A stretch of DNA of 63,990 bases from Octopus bimaculoides (lineage: Eukaryota): NCBI RefSeq assembly GCF_001194135.2, contig NC_068981.1, forward strand, positions 192,179,415 to 192,243,404. Direction: 5' to 3'. The notes beneath the pieces are model-generated. The model ran no database searches, was not told the DNA's origin, and was given only the letters and a program-made list of their open reading frames with translations. Shown here in pieces: positions 1 through 14,524 of the stretch. Both the position numbers and the translations under genes were made by a program. Numbering within the stretch: position 1 is the first letter of the stretch; every line of letters begins with the position of its first letter.

Positions 1-32
1 TTCCTCAATAAACTCCAACCCATGCAAACGAT

Positions 33-71
<39 letters not shown>

Positions 72-959
72 ATGCACATAACTTGTGTAATGCTGCATGT
101 AAATAGTTACTAGTTTTTGTGTTTGTAAATGGAATTTTTCAGATTAGCAGCAATGGCCTTATTCGAAGTCTTTGTTATAGGAATTTAATGAAAGAACACA
201 GTATGGTAATTGAAACATAAACATGTGGTTTATAGTTCCAATATTAAATTTTAACAAGTAACAGACGACTCCTTACTGGTTGAAAACAACTGAAAATTAT
301 TTTCAAAATTACTTTTGCAGCTTTAACATGACATCCTCTTGATATATATAATTTACAATGTTACTTTCTGAAAGAAAACATGTCAAAACTAGTTGTTCTT
401 ATTTATTGGTATGTTAAGGTTAAAAAATAATATTCAAATTTCTGACATCTTGCATAACAAGTTGCCCAAGAACAATTTTCTTGTACATCAAATTGCCTGT
501 GTTTATATCAGCTGCATGCTTTTCGGGAAACATTCTGTCAAAGAAATCCTTGTTCTTAGATTTCTACTCACTGTGGTCTTAAAATTTGTAACAACATGAT
601 CAATGAAAACATAACTAGAAAAGTACTCAAGAATCTATAAATTCTAACTGAATAGCAAAAAAAAAAAAAAAAATACAGGATAATGACAATGATGTGTCTA
701 ATAAAAACGTTATCAGAATTATTGAAAATATACAACTGGGAATTCTTAACAAAAATTCTACACTTCAAATTAAATATACAGGAGAGATGTTTCAATAGAA
801 TTCCTGTGAACAGTAGAATTCTTCTACAGTTTAATTTTTATGTTTATCATTATCATTGTGAAGGTGTAATGCTTAATAGTTGGAGAGTATGGTTCAAAAT
901 TGTTAAGTTACAGGTTCAATTTCCATAATGGACAATGCATTTTGTCATTGAACAAACCA

Positions 960-1115
960 CTTCATATCGTTCCAGTCACCATCATCATGGTTTGATCAGA
1001 TGGAATTTTATTGAGGTGGACTTTCTACAACTGGATGCCCTTCCTGTCACCAACCTTCGCCTGTTTCCAATTAAGGTAATATTTTCCCCATGGCCAGACA
1101 TGTTTCTGCAGGATA
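960..1115 (-). mobile_element. RTE-LINE/SINE shared 3' tail, degenerate
   Basis: ctggatgcccttcctgtcaccaacc motif next to a (CAT)n tail, shared with many copies in the window. Confidence 0.6.
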
Positions 1116-1204
1116 CTAGAAATGAGTGACACTACTTGTATGACAGTAACAATCATATAACTAACACGATGTCAAGACAAAGAGACACAAACATACACTT
1201 GCAT

Positions 1205-1382
1205 GCACAGAAACACACATATACGAAAGGCTTCTTTCAGTTTCCACTTAACAAATCCACTCAAGGTATTGGTCAGCCCAGGGCTATAACAGATGTCAGT
1301 TACCCAAGGTGCCACACAGTGGAACTGAACTCAAGACCATATAGTTGGGAAGTAAACTTCTCAACCACACTGCTATGCCTGT
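1205..1382 (-). mobile_element. tRNA-derived SINE, family A
   Basis: Reverse complement of the tRNA-like head and body seen at 35672. Confidence 0.65.
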
Positions 1383-1989
1383 ATATCAAATGAAAATGAG
1401 TACCAGCAGCACCAGGGGTGAGTTGACCCTTTGTTAGTCTGGTGTCCCAATCAACAAATCTTGTACTCTTTATTACTTATCCAAGATAAGCTCTGGCCTA
1501 ATGGCCATGAAGGTTTAATAAAGACTTTAACATTGCCATTTTGGAGCCAACAGTTAATTATATCCATTATCAGGAATTCAAGAAGTAACACAGGAATTTT
1601 ATAGTTCAATGTTTTAATTTTAACTGATTATTAATTCTAAAAAGTGATCAAACCTGAGTAGATTATACAAGTTCTGGACACATAAGCAGGAGTGGTATTT
1701 ATTGAAAATTGGACAATCAGCTGACAGTAATGTTTTCTCATATTAGTACATAGCCAAAAATACAACCAATTACATTAACCCTATTAATGCTGCATTTGTT
1801 AGCATTCCAGTTCCAAACAGATGTCAATTGTCAACACTGATGGGCAAAACTAAAGAATTTTGTACAGCAATTTCATTTACAAGAAATGAATGTTATTGAA
1901 ACATTTTTATCATCTAAAATTGCACCAAATGAACAAAAACGCATGAAAAATGTAGGCTAAAATACCAGGTTATTTAATATATGCAACAG

Positions 1990-2192
1990 CGTAGATGGTG
2001 AGCTGGCAAAATCGTTACTGCACCGGATAAAATGCTGAGCAGCATTTCTCCCAACCTGAGAACAAATGCTGCTGGGGTAGACTTTGCCTTTCATCCTTTC
2101 TGGGTCAATATAATAAGTACCAGTTGAGTATTAGGTTCATGTAATTGACTAGACTACTCCCCAAAATTGCTAGCCTTGTGCCTAATTTGAAA
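1990..2192 (+). mobile_element. tRNA-derived SINE, family B
   Basis: gagctggcaaaatcgtta head, gactttgcctttcatcctt...taagtaccagttg core, ccttgtgcc tail; same family as 11208, 14525, 43715, 46340, 51255, 51720 and 54885. Confidence 0.7.
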
Positions 2193-3704
2193 GCAAGACA
2201 TACAACTGTTCCTGAAGAAGAGCTAAGAATTTACTGCCAAAAAAGACAATCATCTTATAAATTAATATTAATTTGTTTTGGAAAGAGACAGAAACATTTT
2301 TTGTAGGGGTGAAGGGAGAATAATCAATTGAATCTATACCATTATATTGCTGAAGGATGAAAAGTAAAATCATCCCGGTCAGTATCTGAACTCAGAAAGT
2401 AGAGCAATGATCATTTCAGCTGACTCAATAGAGTTAAATTTCAATTATCTGAATGAGACAAACAGGGATTATTTTGCTCAGGTATCTGATCTAATAGTAA
2501 ACAAAGGAAGCCATACAAAACATAATTATGTTAAAAAGCATATTTACAGAGTCTTCATGAGTTTTACATTGATGTACACTTGTACATCATGCCATTCCTC
2601 TATGACCTACATGCTGTAATATTTCACTTTTCTGTTTGACTGTCAATGGAAGATATTCACATTCCTTTCACAGACGTGGAAACACCAGCAAACTCAATTA
2701 CTTGTAATAGATACATAAAAACTTGTAGAGCAAACAAAGACTGATTTTAACATCATTTTAAATCATTCAGCATGTCTGTGAGTTTCAAGTGACCACTGAG
2801 ATCAAACTAGCAGACCAACCAGCCAACACATAATGCTTTTGATGAATGTAAACAAGACATGATTGCCTCCCCGGTGTCATTAACACTTTGATGTCAGCTT
2901 TTATAGGTTCTTCAGTAAAACAAATTCACATTGCATTACTGCAAAGCAAAAAGACATTATTATTCTCTAGTTTGGGTTGGACAGAGTATGGATAATTAAA
3001 TATTCAGAGGACCTTGATATCTCAATCAGATAATCTGAAATTCACATAACTGATGTTCAGATGACCAAAGCTTTACTGTATTTGTGATTAAATACAAGCA
3101 AGAGTCTTACAGTGGGAAGAACATAGTTAACATAAATGTCTCCAGGATATTGCAGGAATGTATCTTATTAACTTGGATTTGAACACAAAATATAAAAAGA
3201 CAACTAAATATTGTAAGATATTTATAACTTTTTTCTGTCATGCCTGCTTTCTCAGAAATAATTTGTAATCATGTTGTTGCACTTTTTTTTCATTTGTTTT
3301 GGGGTTTTTTTATAATTTTGCCAATGTTTTGTTTGTTTGCTGAACCATTAAGAATTTTTAAAAAAACACAAATTCCCAATTCTGGAATGGAATGGTTTGT
3401 ATAAATCTTATTTCAGTATATTTAAGGAAGAGTTGACATAGCTTAAATAAATACATTAATACCAGCCATAAAGTGATATTAACTTCTATTCCATTAACCT
3501 GTATCACTTAGCATTTTTGTTGATTTAATTAAAAATTAGCCAATCAATTAAAAGCAGAGTCAAAGAGTCTGCAACTACTGCAAAGATTCCACTAACAATA
3601 GTTGCAGTCAGAGACACCAACTCCAACCAACATAATGTCACAGTCTTAAGATGAGAGCATTATTGAACCATCACTAGTCCCATTTTTCAATAGTTATTAA
3701 TTCC

Positions 3705-3950
3705 TCTAGTGTTATTGTTGGCTGAAGATAATATCTAACCACAACATTTGTTAATAAAGATATTATCTCCAGCAAACATAACATCATAGATATCTAGTAA
3801 CAAATGTTGTGGTCAAAGATATAATCTCCAGCAAACATAACATCGCAGGCATCTTGTGTTGTGGTGAAAGATATTATCTTCACTCAACATAGCATCACAA
3901 AAGTCTAGTAATGTGTTGTGGTCAGAAATATTTCCAGCCAACACGTCACA
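3705..3950. repeat. Degenerate ~55 bp minisatellite with one inverted unit
   Basis: Unit tgttgtggtcaaagatataatctccagcaaacataacatc repeated ~4 times; reverse-complement unit at ~3709-3750. Confidence 0.7.
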
Positions 3951-5299
3951 CAAGTTGAACTCTTAGCCAATGCTCACATCTATGATCTGGTAGCTTGTGC
4001 CACATTTAGGTACCTGTGAAGTAACTAAGCTGAGCATCAGGTATGTCAACTAGAGGGAGAAGAGCTGCACCAGCAGTCAACTGGTAATCATTTACAGTTG
4101 AGTAGACTGCGGTAATGTAAAATATCATAGATTGGTCAATGGCAATGTAGTGTCTGGCCCAAGAATTGAATCCATGACATTATGATCAGGGGTACCACAC
4201 TCCAACCACTAGACCACACATCTTCACAGAAGTCCCATCACAAGGATTGTAAATATAGGAAAAAAGGAATTAATAATACAGAACAGCACTTGCATCTTGA
4301 GAATAAATTTGTTAAACAGTAAAAGATTAAATATAAATTATGTGTTTGTGTTTTTGTTATTCATTTAGAGAAAGAAACTATAACAATAATTCTAGGACTG
4401 AAATAGCAGAACAGTAAAAACATAAGATTAGATTTAATAATATTCCTGATCAATGGATAAACAAACAACAGTCATAAAAGCCAAAAATAAATATTTCTGC
4501 TGACTGATAGATACACCATAGATTCTATTGTAATAAATACTTTTTCTTTCTTTCTTCAATGGAGACAAGCACAGATCAAAATTGTGTCTGCTAACCTTTT
4601 AAATTTGTTCTTTCATAATAAATCTGACCATCCCAAAGTGACTTTTTTGCATAGCTTAACCTTTTGTCAGCAGAACAGATGAAGTATTCCAAATAGCATC
4701 AGAGATCTCAATGAGAAATTAACCAAGGACTAAGTAACAGAAGAAGCCAGTTAAATAGATTTGTTTAATCCATGCCAATTGGGGGAAAATATGTAAAAAT
4801 TCCATCAATAACCATGAGGCTAATTAGTATAATTGGAAACTTATTCTCATATATAATATAAATATATATTATTTTATTCATTTTTCAGACTACAAAGTTA
4901 TTTTGCGATTAAATTTTCTTACAGTTTCTAGTTAAGCAAGAAAAGAGTCATAACTTTTTGTCATGTTAACTCACTAAACTTTATCGATCCTCTTATTTTG
5001 GTAACTAAAAGAGGAAGGAAGCAACTGAATACATAATTCCCAGATCTCTCCAATTGAACTTTAGTTAATCAAAGGTTAATTTCAGATTTTCTCATCAAAT
5101 GACTAGTCAAAATATACACCATCAAACTAAAGACTTCTGAACATAAAAACATTTAGTCTAGCAAGTAGTATTCAAAATACCAATAAAGAACTTTGGTAGT
5201 GAATTTTTGGCTGGGCCTCACTGAAGAAATCACAAGAGATTGGGAGATGTGGCAATTTGCTGTACTTGAAAAGAAACATCAAGCTAAGTAAAACCACTG

Positions 5300-5542
5300 T
5301 CTTCCATACATACAGGCTTGTCCTTTACAGGTGCTGGTGCCACATAATATACACTCATGCCAGTGCTGCTTAAACACACCCATGCCAGATAAAAAGCACC
5401 CAGCATGCACTGTTAAGTGGTTGGTGATAAGAATGGCATCCAGCCATAGAAACCATGCTACAACAGACAATTGGAGTCTGGACAGCACCCATCAAACTGT
5501 CCAACCCATGTCAGCATGGAAAACAGACATTAAATGATGAAC
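5300..5542 (+). mobile_element. RTE-LINE/SINE 3' tail
   Basis: aaaagcaccc...gaatggcatccagc...ccaacccatgtcagcatggaaa...taaatgatga. Confidence 0.7.
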
Positions 5543-5599
5543 ATTTGTAAACAAGAAGTTTAAAAAAAAACAAATTAGAATATGAAATACATGGTTCCC

Positions 5600-5802
5600 T
5601 TCAACCATTTTGATACCAACTTACCTGAGATTGCCATTAGTTCTACAATACAAACATCATGCTTTACATTATTCTAAATTAAAACTTCTCATAAAAATTT
5701 GATGTTATGTACCAAACACCAGCTTAACAATTACAAATTTATTCTGTTTAATCTTTCATTATTTTCTAAATTTCAATAGAAATATGGTAACAAAAGGTTT
5801 AA
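5600..5802. mobile_element. TTAA-flanked MITE-like repeat (piggyBac-type ends)
   Basis: (t)aaccattttgatacc...caaaaggtttaa; related copies at ~13805-14050, ~19650-19854 and ~54549-54780. Confidence 0.5.
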
Positions 5803-8800
5803 ATCCTTTTGCTTCATCTTTCAGATTGAAAAACTTGCATTATAAGATTTACTACTCAATGACACTTTTTGTAAAGATACAAGGAGCAGTGTTTATTTAA
5901 TAACAAGACATTACCTTCTCTCACTCTCCACATGAGCAAGACATGGACCCCACAAGCTGCATTGAAGAGAGAAGGAATACCTAATAAAGTGATACTGGGT
6001 TGAGGGTCACACCCCAGTCCAGCTTATATAGGACATGTTCTCTAATGCCTGTAGCATGATAAAATGCATCTGATATACTCTCTAAAGTGGTTGGTGACAG
6101 GAAGGGCATCCAGCTGCACAAACCATACCAAAATGAAAAAGGAAAAGTGAGATCAGGATTCAGCAAGCTACATTACAAGCAACTGACTAGGAGGGCAGGA
6201 ACTTCACTCCAAATAACTGACAATGATTGTGACAACCACCCAATCAATACAAGTATTAAAAAAAAAAATGTAAAAAACTGACGATGATCTACGTAATTGC
6301 ATTTTACTGTTTTAAAACATACCTAAATCTTCACATTTTCATTTAAAACAGGGAAAGAAATAAATCAATGGTATAACAGCATAGAATCAGTGAGGTCCTT
6401 AGATGTCAATGACAGCTTCAATCAATTCACTAAGTTATATATAGAGAATGAATTTCTTTGACGACAATAGCGTCCATTACCATCATTTGAATTGGTTCAT
6501 CAAACATGCAGTTCATGACAGCATCATAGAATACAAAACTATTACTATAGAAAACTTTTCCTGTATTTCCTTCAGTATTTTCTCAATCAATCAATCAGGT
6601 TCCTCCTCATAGGTTTTCTGGCATGCATATATACAGACACACTCACAAACACACACATTATATCCATTCCAATTTATAAACTTTCTTCCAGTCTTATGTA
6701 TTTTAAAACCAATTTCGTTAGCTGCTTGAAACACCTGTTTTTAAAATCCATTTTCCTTTGAAATGAGCTGCTGGGATTAATCGAAGGAATTCATCATGAA
6801 TGAAACATTAAAAATAGGTCTCTTCCAATAATTAGCATGCTAAGATCAGAAAAGATTAATAACTTTGATTGAGGAAAAGAATGATATTTCTATCACCAAT
6901 GACCAAAAATATAATTGCCTGCTACAAAATAATTAGTGAAATAACCAAATTATTCTCAATCTCACGTATGTTACATAGCAACACAATGATATTTATTATC
7001 TCTTCATAATAATAGCCTATATTAATGTTGGTTGGTTGGTTGGCTGGCTGGCTGGTTGATTGATTTCTTCAGTCCTGCTTTACATCATATAGAAAAAGGA
7101 GTAAAAGAGATATAGAGAGTCAATATAAGAAGTGCAGGATGAGTGCACATACAAAGCTTGGTGGCAGACAATGAGAACTATCTGAAAAATACACATTGTT
7201 TTGATGAAATTTTGCAGAAATTGGGTTTGTATTGAGCATATTACAATTATTTTGATAACTTTTTTAAAATAACAGTTGCTGCAAATATACGAATGAGAAA
7301 TTTGATTTTTAAGTTAATTCTGTTTTAAGGTAATAAATTTTTCATTTGAAAATTAGTATTGTCATTTTGTAGAAGCTCCAAGAAATTTGATGAAGGCTAT
7401 ATTATTACGTGCATGCCATAATTTCCCAATATTATCCATAGTAGCAAAAATATACCTTCAAAGTTACCTGTCTTGGGTAACACTGTGTGTGTGTGTGTGT
7501 GTGTATGAATATATATATAACACCCATGATTGATTCCCAGACCAGGCGTTGCATTGTGTTCTTGAGCATAGCACTTCATTTCACGTTGCTCTGCGATCAT
7601 TCGACACCTGACATGTGGCACCCAGTTGCACCTGTACAGGTAATGTTGATTTGATGGAGGGAGTGAGTTTATGTCTACACAAACATTTGATCACTATAAA
7701 CAAATCATCTGTGTGGTTGTTCAGTAAGAAATTATTGAACCCTCATATGTCGTCTGACAACAGGTGAGTTCATTATCATCATTATATATAACACCTGTAT
7801 TTATATCAGCATAAAATTTGTGTGCGTGTGTGTGCTTGCTTCTCGTTTTCTTCTGCCGAGCTGTTTTCATGATATGTCCTCTATGAAGTCCATGACTGTC
7901 TCAGTGCAATGAAATTAATGTTATGCACGGACTGTCGTTGAAAAAAACTAAGAAAATAATTAAGAACTAAAAAGAAGAAAATTTTGACAAGAAAAATGAA
8001 ATGTTATGGACACATGTGAATGAGAAGAGATCTGATGCTGGAACAATATTACCATATATTACATATATTTGTTTTAACTAAATTACACTGAAAATATGTA
8101 ACAATTACAATGAAGCAAGAATGTGAAACAGTAGCTTTCTCATTAGTTACCATTTTACAGGTTTACTCAGTTTATTATATTCACAGTTAAGATAAAGATC
8201 TATTGCAACACAACCATTTATGAGCTTAAGTCAAGTAAACATCTAGTTCAGAATAAATCTAAACTGTTATTGCTTAATTTCCATAGTTTCAAAAGGAAGC
8301 AATGATGGAAATTTCCACTAGTGTTCAGATAAACACAGAATGGATTGAATAAATTTCTCAGCAAAATATCAAAACATCTCAAATTTGAAGTTGATTGTAT
8401 TAAGAGTAAAAAGGATAAGGACTAAGGTTAAGGTGTAGGGAAACACCACAATGTGACGCTAGGAAGAAGAAAAAATCAGTTTAAAACAGATAAATTTTAC
8501 TTCCCAGAATTCCTCAACTTAAAATTTTTTTTTTTTTATGTTATCATATGAGGAACAAGTTTTCTACCCTCCCTCCCAAATTCATATCTGCCTCTACCCT
8601 TTCATCCAACTTCATTTACATTTCACTCCAGACATCTGACCCTCTCACACTACCTCTCACTTTGCCATTTCATTCTCCGCATTAGTTCTTCAACTTCAAT
8701 TCTTTGCCTACAGGCCAAGAGACATCATTTCCTCTCTCGCTTCCACACTCTCAGCTGAAAGTCAAGACATACACTATATTAAATTTTACACACCTCATGG

Positions 8801-9367
8801 CAATTAAACTTATTCAACTCTCCAATATTGATGCTACCAGGTCATCACCAGCTTCTTCAAATTCCAAATTTTGACAAATAATAAATTTATCTTGTACAAA
8901 TCCATATATTCAAGTTTTTTTTTCCTGAACAGACACTCACATATACATTCTTGAGACAAACAACAACCTTCTGCATAAGAAAATGCACATTTGAGTGGTA
9001 ATGGAATATTAAAAAAAAAAAAAAATCAATTATCAGTCTAATATAAATGAAGAATGGAAATAAAAAGATAATCTCACCCATTCAATTTCCCCATGTAATT
9101 AACCTTTGCAATTGTTTTCTTTGAAGGTTGTAGAACCAATGTCCATTGTTGGGAGAATGGAAGTAGTTTTAGAAAATAAAACATTGTTGAAAATCATGTC
9201 TCTTCTCCTGGTTACAAATTGTCAATACTTTACTCTATCAGCACTTAACGTCCACTTTCCATGCTGGCATGGGTTGGATGGTTAGACAGGCAAGGCAGAA
9301 GACTGTACCAAGTTTCAGTGTCTGTTTTGTCATGGCTTTTATGGCTGGATGTCTTTCTTAACAATCA

Positions 9368-9675
9368 TGGCATGTACCTTAGTGGTTAGATATTCAGTTC
9401 ACAATCATAAGGTCATGAGTGGCATGTTGTGTCCTTGAGCTTTATTTCACATTGCTCCAGTCCACTCACCTGGTAAGAATGAGTTGTACCTATGTTACAA
9501 AGGGCCAGCCCTGTCACATTGTGTCACACTGAATCTTCCTGAGAACTACATCAAAGCATGAAGAGTACATGTGTCTGTGGAGTGCTCAGCCACTTGCATG
9601 TTAATTTCACAAGTAAGCTGTTCCATTGATCAGATCAACAGAGACCCTCATCATTGTAACCAACAGAGTGCCAGT
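9368..9675 (+). mobile_element. tRNA-derived SINE, family C (gtgtccttgagc core)
   Basis: A-box-like gtggttag, core ttgtgtccttgagc...ttcacattgctccagtccactca; similar sequences at 4030-4220, 7510-7760 and 63520-63690. Confidence 0.55.
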
Positions 9676-9900
9676 TTATGTGTGTGTGAGTGTATATACA
9701 TGTATATATATAATATCAATATGGCTGTTTGACATTACTACCATTTTAATCCCAGACAGATCTTCCGCCAGCTGGTTACCAATGCAACCTGCACCCTGTA
9801 TATATTGCCCAGTAGGGGAGCAAACCCTTACCATCCTTTAGCAGACGATGGGATCACAAAATTAAGGGACCATCAGCCACTGATCTTGCAACAAGCAAAT

Positions 9901-10108
9901 TAACTAATTAGAAAATCTCAACAAGAGATAAAAGTAGCAACTCTACTGATAAGTAATGCTTATCGCCACATCAATATGACTATTTGACATTACTACCATT
10001 TTAACCCCATTCAAATGGTAGTAACGTCAAACAGCCAATGTGGCAATAAACATTACTTCTAAGTAGAGTTGCTACTTCCATCTCTCGTTGAGATTTTCTA
10101 ACTAGCTA
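9901..10108. mobile_element. Foldback/MITE-like palindrome
   Basis: ~100 bp inverted arms (9901-10001 and 10013-10108), 11 nt loop, TA at both ends. Confidence 0.75.
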
Positions 10109-10648
10109 CTTTGCTTATATTTCCAATGTGTGTGTACATGGGGAGGTAAGTTGTTGAAGTAGAATTTCAATGGCTGGGCACCCTTCTTGTAGTCAACCCT
10201 CACATGTTTCAAAGCAAGGTGATATTTCCCCATGGCTAGGCATGTTTTCATGGAAGATTGGAAACAAAGGATACTGCATGTATGATTAGTGGTGAATGCT
10301 ATCAAGACATGGAGTTACATATCCACACACATACATATATAGGTATGCAAACACACACATGATGGGTGCCTTTCAATTTCCATCTACCAAATCTACTCAC
10401 AAAGTTTTGGCCAGATTGAGCTTAAAGTAGAATACACATGCACACATGCCCAAGGAGTGATGCAGTGGGACTGAACCCAAAACCATTTGGTTGAGAAGCT
10501 AACTTTCCAACCATACACTCATACCTGCACTTTAGTTTATACGTTTTATGTATAACTATATTTGAAAAAATAATATTAACTGAAGGATCACTATATATTT
10601 GAGTATAAAGTTTTATTTTTACATGGAGAAGTTTGTCAATGACTTTAA

Positions 10649-10854
10649 CCCTTCAACATTCGAACAGGCCCAAAATTTCTACCTGTTTTATGTTCAAACT
10701 GACAGACTCGGGCCTCTGCCATCTACCCTATTAATTTCATTATAAAAAATAAACAATCGCATCATCAAAATCTCAAAGCTATTAGATAATGCATGGTTAA
10801 TTCAAAACAATATAAATAAATCATATTTTACAGAATAATTTGAATGCTAAACGG
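10649..10854. mobile_element. piggyBac-type MITE
   Basis: TTAA|CCCTTCAACATT...AATGCTAAACGG|TTAA; same family as 60657-60871 in opposite orientation. Confidence 0.7.
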
Positions 10855-11207
10855 TTAAAGTTTTGGGTTACTCACTTTTGTCAGACTGTCTTACAAAGGC
10901 AACTAAGCCAAAACTTCAAAGTCACTTTCAACATTTTCGTTGTAAAAGTACAACACACACAGATAAAACTGGTAGCAGTTACATTTATAATAATTCTAAT
11001 AAACCTGTCTCAAAATCTCACCAAATTCAATACTTGATTTATATAACTGTAAACACACAGGCAAGCATAAATGCATGAGCCTGCACAAATGCACATGCAG
11101 ATGCAAACACACACACACAGGTTAACTTAGATGAATGCAAAAATATTCAATCAGTCAATTTCCACATTGCTTCTGCATATTTCCTTCTTAATTTGTGTTA
11201 ATATTGG

Positions 11208-11420
11208 TTTCTAATTTTGGCACAAGGCCAGCAATTTCAGGGACAGGGTAAGTTGATTACATTAACCCCAGTGTTCAACTGATATTTTATCAACCCTGAA
11301 CGGATGAAAGGCCAAGTCAACCTTGATAGAATTTCAACTCAGAAGAACATTAACACAGACAAATTGCTGCTGAGCGTTTTGCCTGGTCTGCTCACGATTC
11401 TGCCAGCTCGCCACCTTAGT
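11208..11420 (-). mobile_element. tRNA-derived SINE, family B
   Basis: Reverse complement of the family B head, core and tail. Confidence 0.75.
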
Positions 11421-14400
11421 TTGCATTAATATTAAATGTGTAAATTAGAAAATAGCTGTAATTTCAGTATCTGTTTATAATGTCCATATGTAATAGACTA
11501 AACCAAAGAAAATGCATGACCTAATGGGCAGGGTACTGATTTCATGATAAGGGCGTGGCTCAATTCCTGGACTGATGATGAATCGTATCCTTGAGTAAGG
11601 AATTTCATTTCATACCACTCAGGCTGTAAATGAGTACAGCCAGGTGCTGATGTGGCTCACTCTCCTTCCAACTGTTACAACCTGGATGTGCCCTTGATGA
11701 ATGGTGAGGTGGGTTTTATGCTTCTGACTAAGTGGGTACCTAATATAATTAGCAAACATTGTACATGTTACCAAGCCATACTTACAAAGGATGGATGACT
11801 GTACTATAAACTAAAGAATGACTTGACATTTTTCATCTTCAGTCATAGGAATATATGATTACAAAGACATTTTTTTTAATTCACCAATCACATTCTTAGC
11901 AATATAATTTATAAAGCAAAAGATTATTTAAAACACATTCCTAGATACTAGACAATAGATGGTTAATCATTATTTTCTAAAAGTACATCTTATAAACTAT
12001 CATCTACAGTAAAATATTACTTTTGATACTAACCATCTTTTTAATAAAAGTGTGTGGTATAAAAAGAACAGTATGTGGCATAGTTGTTAAATGGCCATGA
12101 CATTGCTATGGCATTTAACAGTGCAGTTCATTCTACTCATTTTTCATTAAGTCATGCTACATCTGTGACTACAACATGATCTCTTTCATCAACATCAATC
12201 ACTTTGATGAGGAAGTCTCTATGACCATTGCTCGACTTGCTAGAAATAACCAGAATCTCTCTCAACTTATATCCTACCATTTTAAATAAAAGATACATTG
12301 AACTGTTTAGCTCCAATATCAAAAAAACAGAGTGGCCATGATTGGAACACTTTATCATATGTCTATTCAATCAAAACTCACAGGGAACTCAACAACTCCA
12401 TTCAATTCTCCTTGATTTATCTCCAATGGGATCCTGCAACGTGATTTTTATTTTCCAGACAAACTTGTTTATTAGACCCCAAACTATTCCAGAAGAATGT
12501 CTACATTGTATGACTATACAATGACAGTGACCAGGCCAGTTACATATCTCAGCCAGTGGAAATCCTCATTTGCTAATGACTGAACAATAACAAATATCAA
12601 GGAAGTCCTACATCAAAGACTTTACTCACTATACAGGTCTCCATATGACTGACACTTATAAGACAGCATCCATATAACAGACCATTGAGAATACTCCAAC
12701 CACTGTGTGGTCAACTTCTACAACCACTAAGACACTAATTGAAACCAATGTACACTGATAAATGATCAGATACCACCAACTCTCCTACAGGTCTGACAAT
12801 CCCACCAACAACACACTCCATTCCAAACATCACATACACTTGTGCCTCCCTTGTCACTGGAAGGGTGAGTTTACAGGATAGTTTTTTTTATTTCTTTAAC
12901 AGGGTCAGTAAAGCATTGAACAAGAAGAATTCAAATGCAACCAGTGTCTACTGTAATCATTCTAAAGCCATTAAAATATAATAGCAGTTAAGTACTAGAA
13001 ACAATATAACATTATTTTAGCAAAATTGTTAGCCCTAAACCCATGTCTGAAATTTTAATTCTTTAGCTCAATAAATACAATTAAGACTAGTAAGTTCTAA
13101 TATTGGGTTACCACCTTTAATTACATAATTAAGCAAAATCCCTTCTTCAGTGACACCAGAAACACCACAATTATATTTCTCATCAAAATATAACAATACA
13201 AAACAAAGACGAAAATATTTCCAGTGGAAGAGTAATGTAGAAAGACAATTTGTAGATGTTACTTAGCAGTTTAAAGTAGTGGTTCTCAACCTTTTTAACA
13301 ACCAGGTCAGATCCAAAACCTGGCTTTTTTTTTTTAGGGAACTGCACGTAAAAAGTAAAACACAAGTCAAAGAAAAGTTTATTATATTTATAGAGGGAAG
13401 ACCATCAAGGGCTGCTGGAAGGATGCTTAAGGACTGCATGAAGCTCAGAGAACTGCTGGTGTAAAGAGATACCACTGTTTTATTCTTTGAAAACAACTTT
13501 TTACAAACACTGGTTAATTTGTGGCTGGAAAAAGAGACCCACCCCAGAAGTGATAACTTGGTTGTTGTTTAGTCCTAGACATGCTTCAGTTGAGCAGACC
13601 AATGGTCAAAAGTTATTCATTGTGTTCTATCTTTTTAAGACAGTAGGGTGGGATTGATGCAAATTTGGCTGCTATATTTAGCAGATTAATTGACCTTGCA
13701 GAAACTCACTAATTGGAATACTAGGTAATAGAAAGAGAATAAGTAAATAAGGTTATCTAAAATAATAGGCTAAGAAATAAACAGGCTAGTATCAAGTATC
13801 AGGTTTAACCCTTTTAACCCAAACCAATACAACCATCCCTGGTTCTATGATACAAAATTCCTGTTTTAAAGTGATCCAAATACAGTAAGCTTCCTTATAA
13901 CCCTTGCAAGATAAACACTTTCATTAAAACCTTCCATCCACATTTCATGTTAATCTGTTCTAAACATCAGCTTAATAATAATGACAGCTATTATACTGAA
14001 GTCTTCAACATTTTCAAAATTAATTGAAACAAAGAGTATCCCACAGAAATATATCTTTTACTGGTTTCAGTTATTAGACAGCAGCCATACAAGACCACAA
14101 GTCAAGATCAGTGCCTATTGTAAACTTGGTATTTATTCTATCAGTCTCTTTTGCCAAACTCTAAGTTACAGGGACATTAACCAACACTGGCTGTCTAGTG
14201 GTGGTGGGGAACAAACATAACAGTTTTTGTTTACCAACTTCACTCACAAAGTATTGATTGCTCCAGAGCAATAGTAGAAGACACTCACCCAAAGTGTTGC
14301 TCAATGAGACTGAACCTGAAACCATATGGTTACAAATCAAGTCTCTTAACCCCTCAGCCAAAGGGTTAACTAGCTAGAAGAGGAGTGAGAAGTCTACAAA

Positions 14401-14524
14401 TTATTACAGTGAAGGAGCAGAACGGTATCAATTGTTCTGAACATGGGAAACATTGGGAATGTGTGTGTGTATGTGTGTTTTGACTGATTCTGTGGTAAGC
14501 ATCATCATAATTCTCACAAGATTG

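Noticed and set aside
6400-6540. Minus-strand stretch VFYDAVMNCMFDEPIQMMVMDAIVVKEIH that looks protein-like
   Set aside because: No recognisable family, no convincing splice sites, and it ends in a stop.
12150-12700. Short open frames and an IKEVLH motif suggesting an exon or PLE remnant
   Set aside because: Too degenerate to assign, and it does not match catulin.
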